Below, in pieces: positions 7,849-15,764 of a stretch of 22,208 nt of DNA. The position numbers and the translations under genes are program-made. Position 1 is the stretch's first letter; each line of letters begins with the position of its first letter. The stretch is from Candidatus Micrarchaeota archaeon (lineage in GTDB: Archaea; Micrarchaeota; Micrarchaeia; Norongarragalinales; UBA8480), in assembly GCA_043805855.1 (NCBI GenBank), contig JAZDHP010000044.1, positions 1 through 22,208 of the forward strand, written 5' to 3'. Under the pieces are notes generated by a model. That model searched no databases. It saw only the letters and a program-made list of their open reading frames with translations, and was not told where the DNA came from.

Positions 7849-8199
7849 TTATTTTTGCGTTAACAGATTAAGCTTATTGGGGTCTCTTTTAATTTGCTTT
7901 ACGAGTTTCGACGGACCGACTACAGTTAACCCACTTGTTTTGCCGCCAAGTAGTTTTACAAGTTGGGATTTGAGGTCAAGCGTCGTGCTGCCTAGTGTTG
8001 CTACTTCTATTCCTGCGAAGTTTTTGTCAACTTGTTCCATTGTTAGCTTAATTAGTTGTGTTTCTTCAGCTGGAGAAAGTGGTTCTTCTAGTACGATTAT
8101 TTTGTCTCCTTTTTTCACGATATTGAGAATGTGAGTTAGCTTTTCGTCGTTTTGCTTGTCTTGCATTGCTTTGGATGATAGAAATTCAATTGCAACCAT
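7849..8199 (-). CDS. oapB: Origin-associated protein OapB (DUF2073-like)
   Basis: IIVLEEPLSPAEETQLIKLTMEQV...FAGIEV...GLTVVGPS...IKRDP. Directly downstream of oapA. Confidence 0.9.
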   Translation of the reverse strand: MVAIEFLSSKAMQDKQNDEKLTHILNIVKKGDKIIVLEEPLSPAEETQLIKLTMEQVDKNFAGIEVATLGSTTLDLKSQLVKLLGGKTSGLTVVGPSKLVKQIKRDPNKLNLLTQK

Positions 8200-8209
8200 A
8201 TGTTTATAA

Positions 8210-8830
8210 TCACACTTTTTTCGCTACTTCTTCATATAACTTAGGCATGTTTTCGCCGGTTAACGCAGATACGGGTACGACGGAGTGCTGTGGAAACGCG
8301 TCTTTGATTTTGTCAGGGCGGGCTTTTTTCAAGTCCATTTTGTTTGCAACTATTATCACTGGTATTTTGCGCGCTTCAAGGTTTGCAAGAATTGTTATGT
8401 TCACCTGAGTATAGGGGTCTTTAGTTGCGTCCATTACTACAAACGCTGCGTCGACGTGTTCAAGCCACTTTATTGCTTCGATTATTCCTTTTGTCGCTTC
8501 TTTTGCTCGCTGCTGTGCCTCGTCTTTCGAAAGCCCATGTTCAATGAACTCGCGGTAATCTACCTTCGTTGCAATTCCAGGCATGTCGAGGATATTCATC
8601 GTTAGTAGTTTGCCGCCGGCTTTTATTGCAACGCGTTCTTTTTTCTGTACTTCTCGCGTTTCGTGAGGTATTTCTGAAACGTTGCTTAGTGGTTGGCCTG
8701 TCCAGTCAATGCAAATGCGGTTAGCGATGCTTGATTTGCCGGCGTTTACTGGCCCGTAGATGCCTAGTGATATTGATTTGCGTGAGTTGAAAAATCCTAG
8801 AAAAAAATTAAGTAACTTGCGGAAAGGCAT
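8210..8830 (-). CDS. oapA: Era-like GTPase, origin-associated protein OapA
   Basis: G1 GPVNAGKS, G2 IPHETRE, G3 DMPG, G4 NKMD, G5 SAL, plus the family motifs AKEATKGIIEAIKWL and DPYTQVN. Confidence 0.93.
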   Translation of the reverse strand: MPFRKLLNFFLGFFNSRKSISLGIYGPVNAGKSSIANRICIDWTGQPLSNVSEIPHETREVQKKERVAIKAGGKLLTMNILDMPGIATKVDYREFIEHGLSKDEAQQRAKEATKGIIEAIKWLEHVDAAFVVMDATKDPYTQVNITILANLEARKIPVIIVANKMDLKKARPDKIKDAFPQHSVVPVSALTGENMPKLYEEVAKKV

Positions 8831-8890
8831 TGTAAGAAAAAAACCCCTTTTGGTATTTGTGGAAAGAGTACGTTGAAAAAGTTAATATAG

Positions 8891-8961
8891 CTTACACTTC
8901 GTCTAGCGAAGTGTAAGGCTTTAACAAAGCAGAAAATTTAGATAAATGCTGCTTTGTTAAA
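8891..8961. repeat. Two tandem perfect inverted repeats
   Basis: CTTACACTTCG-tctag-CGAAGTGTAAG (11 bp stem, 8891-8917) and TTTAACAAAGCAG...CTGCTTTGTTAAA (13 bp stem, 8920-8961). Confidence 0.9.
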
Positions 8962-8986
8962 TAACAATATGCTGCCACATAGGAAG

Positions 8987-9340
8987 TTATTTTTTCAAAA
9001 CTAGTTTTTCGTAAACAAAAGGCATTGCAATTCTTTCAATTGTTTGCACAATCATGTACAGTGAGAACATCGCAGTTACTCCTTGCCGCGCGATTATTCC
9101 AACTATTATCAAGGTTAACGTTATGGACATTGCTAAAAGTAATATGGAAAAATTCGTGGCGTTTGCATTTGCCGTTGGACTTTGTTTATAGTAGAAATGA
9201 GTGAAAACAAAGGCAACTGCAATGTTTAGCACAAGCATTGCGTTTTTGGAATTTTCATTGCCAACAAAGAGGAAAAGCACAAAGCTGAGAATAAACGCGG
9301 CTAGAACAGTTGCAAAGCTGTAAAGCAATTCGTTTTTCAT
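8987..9340 (-). CDS. Small hypothetical membrane protein (about 4 TM helices)
   Basis: 117 aa ORF with four hydrophobic stretches; no family recognised. Confidence 0.65.
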   Translation of the reverse strand: MKNELLYSFATVLAAFILSFVLFLFVGNENSKNAMLVLNIAVAFVFTHFYYKQSPTANANATNFSILLLAMSITLTLIIVGIIARQGVTAMFSLYMIVQTIERIAMPFVYEKLVLKK

Positions 9341-9402
9341 TTTTAGTTTTCAACGTCGTTTGTTACTTTCTTTCTTTTTATTTTGCCAATATCTTTATCA
9401 GC

Positions 9403-10146
9403 TTAGCTTTCTACTCTTGGCGCTAGGTAATAAGTTAATTTAGCGTGGCCAACAGCGTAGGATATTTTGACAGGCGCGTCGGTTTTTAGAAATAGTTCAA
9501 TCATTGAATCGTCTTGGCAGGCTTTTGTCATGTTTTCAAGGTATTCAAACGGGAACATTACTCTGCTGTTTGCAGTTGAAGTTAACTCGGCAAATTGAGG
9601 TGAGTTTTTGTCGCTTTCAATGTACAAGTCACCGCTGTCTCCCTTTGCTTCAACGATTAGTTGGTTAGTGTTTACAGATAGGATAACGTGGCTTGACAAT
9701 AGCCCGGCGTCCTTTAGCATTTCTTTGAATGCTCCAGCGCGCATTTTGATCGTCGTGTCAAAAGTTATTTTTGGCTCTCGAGGCGCTGTTACGTTTAACT
9801 CAATTAAAGGTAGACGTACGCTTCTCTTGCCGCTGGGAGATACAAATTCCAGTAAGCATTTTGACTCTTTTTCTTCGGTTGATAGGGTTAGTTGTTCGTC
9901 GCCTCTGCTTCGCGATAGCATTTTCAAAAAGTCAACTAAGTTTAAAGATAAGTTTGACTGTTCTGCTTCGAATTCTTTAAACGCGTTTTTCGGCATTGAA
10001 AAGTCAACCATTGCGATTTGGCTAGGGTCCATTGCCCTAAGGTGCAAGCCATTTTCGTTTATTTCAAATTGCCCTTCGTCAACTAGGTTTACGACAGCTT
10101 CAATTGCTTGTTTGAACTGCCTTGCGTCGCCAATAGTAAGTTTCAT
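9403..10146 (-). CDS. pcn: DNA polymerase sliding clamp PCNA
   Basis: LRAMDPSQIAMVD and C-terminal LTYYLAPRVE. ATG at 10146 preceded by GGGTGG is preferred over GTG 10158. Confidence 0.97.
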   Translation of the reverse strand: MKLTIGDARQFKQAIEAVVNLVDEGQFEINENGLHLRAMDPSQIAMVDFSMPKNAFKEFEAEQSNLSLNLVDFLKMLSRSRGDEQLTLSTEEKESKCLLEFVSPSGKRSVRLPLIELNVTAPREPKITFDTTIKMRAGAFKEMLKDAGLLSSHVILSVNTNQLIVEAKGDSGDLYIESDKNSPQFAELTSTANSRVMFPFEYLENMTKACQDDSMIELFLKTDAPVKISYAVGHAKLTYYLAPRVES

Positions 10147-10232
10147 TTTCCTAACCACCCAAACTGAATATTAAAAGGAGGCGTAGCAATAAAAAACGTT
10201 TCTCACAAGAAACCGCAAGATAAATGAGCTCG

Positions 10233-11021
10233 TTAAGTGACAAGCGTATCGCATCCTGCTGGTTCTGCGAATTGACCTGCTAGGAACAAACGGAAGTAGC
10301 CAACAAGCGGTATTCGAACTAGGAACTTGCCGTGGATTTTTTCCGGTTTGACAAAGTCAATTCCAGCTTCTTGGTCAACAACTTGGTTATTGTCTCCTTT
10401 TGTTAGATAAACTATTTCGCCGGTTTCAATGTTATGAAACGCTGCAATTGCACGGTGTATAACTAACCCTGCTATGTTTGACTCGAAAATAATTATATCA
10501 TTGCCTTTAACATCACTACGGAGAGTTGAAACGCTATACGTATTTGCGTTTATTGTAACGCTTAAGTTTGAAGTGCAAGAGCCTTTTATTTGAAAGAACC
10601 CTCGCTTTGAAACAGAGCAATTCGCTTGTTCAACGTGAATAATTGGACGTTCGCCCGTGTAGTTTATCACAGGCGCGTTGTAACTGCTTTGCCCTTGTAC
10701 TATTATTAGATCACCGCGGTTAAGTTCATTGTTCATGCTACATGACGTTACGACGTCAAGCGGAGATGGAGTACTTAGTATCATTGAAAGCGCTAGCCAA
10801 ATTGCAGCTGCGCCGATAATTGCATATATTATTTCTAGGAGGTTTACGCGGCCTTTTTCCTTGCTAGTTGAAAGAAAGTCAACCGCGACGTAGGTGAGAA
10901 ACGCAGCGAGGCACAACACAGCAAGTATTGCTTGTAGCGTTACTAAATAGAGAATTAGAAAAATTGCAGTAGCTATTGGGAGAAATATTTCCGGAGAAGC
11001 TATGTTAAATGGCTTTTTCAT
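10233..11021 (-). CDS. sec11: Signal peptidase I, archaeal Sec11 type
   Basis: N-terminal TM helices, VVTSCSM (catalytic Ser), RGDL, VIHRA (catalytic His) and TKGDNN..D. Confidence 0.9.
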   Translation of the reverse strand: MKKPFNIASPEIFLPIATAIFLILYLVTLQAILAVLCLAAFLTYVAVDFLSTSKEKGRVNLLEIIYAIIGAAAIWLALSMILSTPSPLDVVTSCSMNNELNRGDLIIVQGQSSYNAPVINYTGERPIIHVEQANCSVSKRGFFQIKGSCTSNLSVTINANTYSVSTLRSDVKGNDIIIFESNIAGLVIHRAIAAFHNIETGEIVYLTKGDNNQVVDQEAGIDFVKPEKIHGKFLVRIPLVGYFRLFLAGQFAEPAGCDTLVT

Positions 11022-11052
11022 TTTGTCAGCTAACGGATTTCAATGTTGGAAG

Positions 11053-11886
11053 TTATATTTCTATGCCGGCAACTTGCAAAACTTGCAATTCTTCAAAAGA
11101 TATTGGCTTGCCTGTTTTGAACTTTTCCATTATTTCTTTTGCGCGGATTTTTACGTCGTTGAGTTTCTTTGCTGCGATTTGCTTTGTTTGTTTACGTTGC
11201 GCTTCGAATTCAGCATGGTCTTTTTTACGTTGTTCAGTTTCAACTGCGGTTAATTGTATTAATTCACCGCGTTTTTCATCAAGTTCAGTTAACGCTTTAG
11301 GTAGTGTCGTTTGTAATTCGTCGGCGGTTTTTAGAATGGCTAACATTTCATGATGATGTTCTTCGCTTTGGTTAGCATGCGCTTTGAGGTCTTTAACAAG
11401 TTCGCCCAACTTTGTCCTTAAGTCGCGAGCACTATGCCGCAATTGACTTTGTTCTTTTAATTTTGGCACACTTGCCTGCATTGCTTTTAGTTGTTTTGAA
11501 AGTTGCGATACTTGTTTTGAAATTACTTTTTCCCTTTGTAGAGAATAGTTAATGTTAAGTGAATATTCCAACGCGCGGATTTCGACGTTTATTTTATCTG
11601 GAGAGCCAAACTGTTCTTTAAGTGGCTTTAGTTCAACGTCGAGTTTAGTTAGTTTTTCTTGCACGGCGTTAAGTTCCTTGCGGGTTTCTTCTATTTTGCC
11701 AGCTGTGGTTTTCACAATTGCGTTTTCGCTGTCGCGCGATGCTTTTTCCTGCGATACTTTTGTAAAAAGTTCCCTTAATTTAGACAAAGCTTGAGAGTTC
11801 TTTTGTCGCAACGTAGTTAGCTCAGCTACGACTTCTGTTTTTTCTTGTTGCGGTTCTTTTTCAGTAGAATTTTCGTCATCTGACAT
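11053..11886 (-). CDS. Archaeal long coiled-coil protein (COG1340-like)
   Basis: Heptad-rich throughout; C-terminal AKEIMEKFKTGKPISFEELQVLQ resembles the COG1340 terminal motif. Confidence 0.75.
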   Translation of the reverse strand: MSDDENSTEKEPQQEKTEVVAELTTLRQKNSQALSKLRELFTKVSQEKASRDSENAIVKTTAGKIEETRKELNAVQEKLTKLDVELKPLKEQFGSPDKINVEIRALEYSLNINYSLQREKVISKQVSQLSKQLKAMQASVPKLKEQSQLRHSARDLRTKLGELVKDLKAHANQSEEHHHEMLAILKTADELQTTLPKALTELDEKRGELIQLTAVETEQRKKDHAEFEAQRKQTKQIAAKKLNDVKIRAKEIMEKFKTGKPISFEELQVLQVAGIEI

Positions 11887-11896
11887 GTAAAGTTTT

Positions 11897-12310
11897 TCAC
11901 TGTGTTTGAGTTTCTGGTGGTACTTCTAGTTCAATTTCTGCAATTATTTCATCTAATTCAGCGCGTTGCTTTTCTAAAACTTTCTGAATGCGTTTTATGC
12001 GTTTCTGGTTTAAAGCAATTTCGCGGTACTTGCGGCTAGCGGTGTTGAAATGTTCGCTTGAAAGCGTAAAGTATGGCTCTTTGTCCATTGTTTGCGAAAT
12101 GTCAGAAAGAATTTCACCCAAGAGAACATTCGCACCTTCTTTGACGTCGCGTTTAATTTGGTGTTCTGACTTCAAGTTACTTTTAATAATTTTTACAACA
12201 CGTGCGTTTGGAAACGGTAAATGTTCAGATTCTTCGTCTTCAACTTCTTCTCCTTCAACTGCTTCAACGTTTTCAGCTGGCGGCTGTTGTGAAGTTTGTT
12301 CGTCGGTCAT
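11897..12310 (-). CDS. Histone-fold protein with acidic N-terminal tail and C-terminal coiled coil
   Basis: LPFPNARVVKIIK (alpha1), QIKRDVKEGANVLLGEILSDIS (L1 and alpha2), TLSSEHF (L2 and alpha3), then an amphipathic helix. ATG 12310 is preceded by AGGTGG. Confidence 0.78.
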   Translation of the reverse strand: MTDEQTSQQPPAENVEAVEGEEVEDEESEHLPFPNARVVKIIKSNLKSEHQIKRDVKEGANVLLGEILSDISQTMDKEPYFTLSSEHFNTASRKYREIALNQKRIKRIQKVLEKQRAELDEIIAEIELEVPPETQTQ

Positions 12311-12393
12311 AAAATATATCCCACCTGTAAAGTACAATTTATAGAAAAATAGATATTAAGTTAAGGAAAAGCCCGGTTTTTAACCTATCGCAT

Positions 12394-13023
12394 TTACCCC
12401 TTAACAAGAAGTAAGAATACCTTCCTTTTCCTTGCGTTTTCCGGATTATCAGTTATAACCGTTGTTTTGAAGCCAACGCTTTTGAACACGCGTCCAACTT
12501 GCATTGCTTCCCCTTCATCGCGCGGGTAAAATTGTACAACCGCTTTTCCACCAGTTTTCAAGTGCTTCCAGAACTCCCGTGCAACTTTTTTCACTTCTCC
12601 AGCGCCAAGCGCCGAAACCCACTGCAATACAGATATTGAAACAATGCCATCATATAGACTGGCAAATGGAAATTTGCGCACGTCGCCTCGTTTTGCGTCA
12701 AAGCCTTTTTTTCTACAAAGAGTTACAAAAATTGGAATAACATCAAAGGGAAACACTTCATAACAGAGTTCGCTTAAAATAACAGAAGAGAACCCTGCGC
12801 CACAGCCGGCGTCTATAACCCGCGAGCCAGCTGGAAGTTGCATTAACTCAACCGCTCGGAGGGTTAAACCTTCTTGAATTCTTCGCATTGAATTACTAGC
12901 AGCGTATCGCTTCGCCTCCGCGGCAGTGTAAAACTGCTCGACTGTCTTCTCATCCTCTGGACGAACGTGGAAAGATTTCCATTCGCTTTTTTCAGGTTTT
13001 TCAAGTTTTTCAGGTAATAACAA
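12394..13023 (-). CDS. Class I SAM-dependent methyltransferase, Bud23/WBSCR22-like (putative SSU rRNA m7G methyltransferase)
   Basis: RPE...FY...EAKRY...IQ..LTLRAVEL, DAGCGAG, SISVLQW, GGKAVVQFYP and D.PE..K.K.FL.L. TTG start with GGAGG 8 nt upstream. Confidence 0.85.
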   Translation of the reverse strand: MLLPEKLEKPEKSEWKSFHVRPEDEKTVEQFYTAAEAKRYAASNSMRRIQEGLTLRAVELMQLPAGSRVIDAGCGAGFSSVILSELCYEVFPFDVIPIFVTLCRKKGFDAKRGDVRKFPFASLYDGIVSISVLQWVSALGAGEVKKVAREFWKHLKTGGKAVVQFYPRDEGEAMQVGRVFKSVGFKTTVITDNPENARKRKVFLLLVKG

Positions 13024-13054
13024 TTACATCTCCTCCGTCGATGACTCGCCATAA

Positions 13055-14083
13055 TCAGATTATGGCGATGTCTTCAAACCTCACTCCAAACATCTTCGGG
13101 AAATATAACCCTGGCTCTATTGTAAAACACATTCCCTTTTCTGTTTTTTCTATATCATCAACTCGGCGCCAACCATCGTGCACCTCGAGTCCAACACTGT
13201 GCCCTAAACCCAGCCCAACATCGCGATAAGTATTCTGCGAAAAACCATATTCTTTCAACACAGCCAACGCGGTTTCGCTTGCCTTTTTGCCGCTTTTCTC
13301 GCGCTCAGCAACGTACTGTGCTTGCTTTTGCGATTCCCTTACTGCCTCAAGCGCATCTTTAGTGAATTTATCACTTCCTTCGTAAACCGTTGTTGTATAA
13401 TCGCCGCAGTAAAACTCACACCGACACCCAACATCGATAAGCAATGGAGTTTTCAAATCTAGTTTTGCGCTTGACGCTGAGTTGTGAAATACTGCACTGC
13501 GCTCGCCGCTTTGCACAATTGGCGTAAACGCATCGAGGCTAGAGTTTAGTTCCCTTGCGTGTGCTTCGATTTTGCCAGCAACTTGATTTTCCGTTAAACC
13601 AGCTAAATTTTCTTCCAGAGTACGTGCGACGGCGTTTTTAGTTATGCTCTGCGCTTTTTTTATCAACTTAATTTCTTCTGTGTCCTTTTTCTCGCGGATT
13701 TGCAACAGTTGCTGCGTGAAGTTCACTTTTTCGTAACTGGATTTCGCGAATGCGAATAAACCAAGTAGGTCACTTCTGCTGTCAAGCGCAACTTTTTGCG
13801 GTTTTATCGCGTCGACTTCTTGTTTTAGTTTTTTACGCCAATCTTTGAAAGGCAAAACGTTGAAAAAATAAGGAAGATCTGCTGCCTGCATTGTCGAAAA
13901 CATCATTGCGTTTTCTTTTGTGATTAACAAAACGCTTGGAAACGCACTATCGCCAGAATAGTAATACCCATTTGCGTCAAAGCGGTTGCCGCCGCCAAGC
14001 ACAACTGCGTCAACGCTGTGCTCTTGCATTTTTTGCCGTAGTTTTTCCAAACGCTGCGAGTAGTTGAATTTCATTGTTTTCAC
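13055..14083 (-). CDS. pepP: Xaa-Pro aminopeptidase/prolidase (M24B)
   Basis: All five metal ligands present: IDVG, GDYT, GHSVGLEVHD, TIEPGLY, GVRFED. Start may be ATG 14074. Confidence 0.92.
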   Translation of the reverse strand: MKTMKFNYSQRLEKLRQKMQEHSVDAVVLGGGNRFDANGYYYSGDSAFPSVLLITKENAMMFSTMQAADLPYFFNVLPFKDWRKKLKQEVDAIKPQKVALDSRSDLLGLFAFAKSSYEKVNFTQQLLQIREKKDTEEIKLIKKAQSITKNAVARTLEENLAGLTENQVAGKIEAHARELNSSLDAFTPIVQSGERSAVFHNSASSAKLDLKTPLLIDVGCRCEFYCGDYTTTVYEGSDKFTKDALEAVRESQKQAQYVAEREKSGKKASETALAVLKEYGFSQNTYRDVGLGLGHSVGLEVHDGWRRVDDIEKTEKGMCFTIEPGLYFPKMFGVRFEDIAII

Positions 14084-14105
14084 ATTGCCTTAACAAAGTG
14101 TTCAC

Positions 14106-14375
14106 TCATAATTTCAGTCCACCTTGTTTTAATTGTTCCAGTTCAGCTGGAGGCCTGTAAATCCACACAACTCCCTTTATAGTTATGAGAATTTTACCAC
14201 TTTTTTGCAAGTAGTCAAGCACTTGAAGAAGCGTTGCATGCATCACTTGGCGCGGTAATTTGCGCTTTAGCTCCGAAACTTTAATTATTTGCTTTGCGCT
14301 GCGTAGAGTGTGCTCTATCATTAAAACAGTGTTCAAAGTCGGGGAATGCATTACCTGCATTTGTTGAGTAGTCAT
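14106..14375 (-). CDS. Small winged-helix DNA-binding protein (putative regulator)
   Basis: PTLNTVLMIE...SELKRKLP..VMHATLLQVLDYLQKSGKI...GVVWI fits a helix-turn-helix plus wing pattern. Confidence 0.7.
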   Translation of the reverse strand: MTTQQMQVMHSPTLNTVLMIEHTLRSAKQIIKVSELKRKLPRQVMHATLLQVLDYLQKSGKILITIKGVVWIYRPPAELEQLKQGGLKL

Positions 14376-14397
14376 AGTTACATTTATAGCTTTTAAG

Positions 14398-14405
14398 TAT
14401 ATAAA
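14398..14405 (-). promoter_or_regulatory. TATA box (TTTATATA) for a leaderless wHTH transcript
   Basis: Consensus archaeal TATA box 22 nt upstream of ATG 14375. Confidence 0.6.
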
Positions 14406-14423
14406 TATATTGATTTGATATAT

Positions 14424-15737
14424 TTAACCCTGTGGCGTTGTCACATTTACGTTTTCTACCAGGGCGTCACTGGAGAATATGGGCGTGTCAACTTCCCAGC
14501 CGTAAATTTGTCGCTGGTGCTTTGAAAGTAATTTGATGTTTGAAAGCATTTTTAACAAATTGTCGCTAATGCGGATGCCGCGGATTGGTTTTGTAATTTC
14601 ACCGTTTTCAATTAGAAAAATCGCATCGCGAGGAATTGATGAAAAGTCACTTGTTGAATAGTTCTGGAAACGCGTGTACCAGATGTTCGTAACGTAAATT
14701 CCGTTTTTCGCCTCGCGTACCAATTCATCTAAACCGCTATTGCCGTTTTTTACAATTGGATTCCACGGATGTGGAGATACGATACCTGCGTGGCCAGTTG
14801 GCTTAACCTCGTAGCGCTTTGCAGTTGAAGAATTATGAAGGTAGGTTTTCAGCACGCCGTTTTCCACAATTGCAGTTCGTTTTGTCGGCTGGCCTTCTTC
14901 GTCAAACGGAGTTGCGTGAAACGCGCTTGCGTTTAACGGGTCGTCGTAAATTGAAATGCAATCACTTGTAACTTTACTTCCAATTTTTCCAGTAAGTGCA
15001 GATAACCCGCTTTCAACGGAAAACACACTAGTTGAATGCACAAACGGATCTAGCAGTGCAGCAAATGGAAGTGCGTCGAACACAACGTTGAAAGTACCTT
15101 GCTGGCCCACGACTGGGTTTTTCGCCTTTACGGCTAAATTACTAGCTTCTCGGCTAAGTTGAACTGCGTTTAATTTAGAAATAGCAGAATCGCACGCCAC
15201 TTTATGCCCAGATGCGTTTTGCTCTGCAATGCAACGCATGGAAAAATAAGCGTTTGTTGATTTGAAACTCGCCTCTGGCCCAGCGCTTGACAAGAGATAT
15301 TCTTCAGAAGCGTTTGTTTCCAGTACGCCGCCGGCGCGAGTTTGCTCAATACCTCCAAGCGACTGCTGAACTATTTCTACTAGCTCCTCATTTGCATTTG
15401 CAGTTCGTTCGTCAAACGCGTTTATTTTAGGATATTGAAATTTTCCTTTTGTAACTTCTAAAAATTCCTTATTGTCCGGAAGTTTCTTTGCAAGTGCAAC
15501 AAAAACTGCGAGTTTTTCTTTTAAGTTAACCGCATTTTTTTCAATTACAGTTTCAGCAGTTTTCTTTCCAACAGCTATGAAGATTTGGCAGTGTTCGCTT
15601 TGCTCGACGCTTGAGCGAACGATTTTGTTATTAGCGAATTTTACTTGCTTGTGGACAGATGTAGACGCGTTGGCAATAGCTACATCTGCACCCAAACGAC
15701 GTAATTTGTCAACAACTTCAACACAAAACTCTTTCAT
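14424..15737 (-). CDS. tldE: TldE/PmbA family protein
   Basis: PFDEEGQPT, ENGVLKTYLH, TGHA, WYTRFQN and IENGEI; lacks HExxxH; adjacent to tldD. Confidence 0.92.
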   Translation of the reverse strand: MKEFCVEVVDKLRRLGADVAIANASTSVHKQVKFANNKIVRSSVEQSEHCQIFIAVGKKTAETVIEKNAVNLKEKLAVFVALAKKLPDNKEFLEVTKGKFQYPKINAFDERTANANEELVEIVQQSLGGIEQTRAGGVLETNASEEYLLSSAGPEASFKSTNAYFSMRCIAEQNASGHKVACDSAISKLNAVQLSREASNLAVKAKNPVVGQQGTFNVVFDALPFAALLDPFVHSTSVFSVESGLSALTGKIGSKVTSDCISIYDDPLNASAFHATPFDEEGQPTKRTAIVENGVLKTYLHNSSTAKRYEVKPTGHAGIVSPHPWNPIVKNGNSGLDELVREAKNGIYVTNIWYTRFQNYSTSDFSSIPRDAIFLIENGEITKPIRGIRISDNLLKMLSNIKLLSKHQRQIYGWEVDTPIFSSDALVENVNVTTPQG

Positions 15738-15764
15738 AAAAAAACAACTTCACTTCAAATTAAA

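Noticed and set aside
9608..10174. Long antisense ORFs over PCNA (and similarly 11988-12344, 15472-16044 and 20669-21130)
   Set aside because: They mirror well-supported genes on the opposite strand and have Ser/Phe-rich shadow composition.
13024..13029. In-frame ATG-TAA immediately before the TTG start of the Bud23-like gene (possible nonsense mutation or mini-ORF)
   Set aside because: The GGAGG SD is 8 nt from the TTG but only 2 nt from the ATG, and the protein is complete, so this is probably coincidental.
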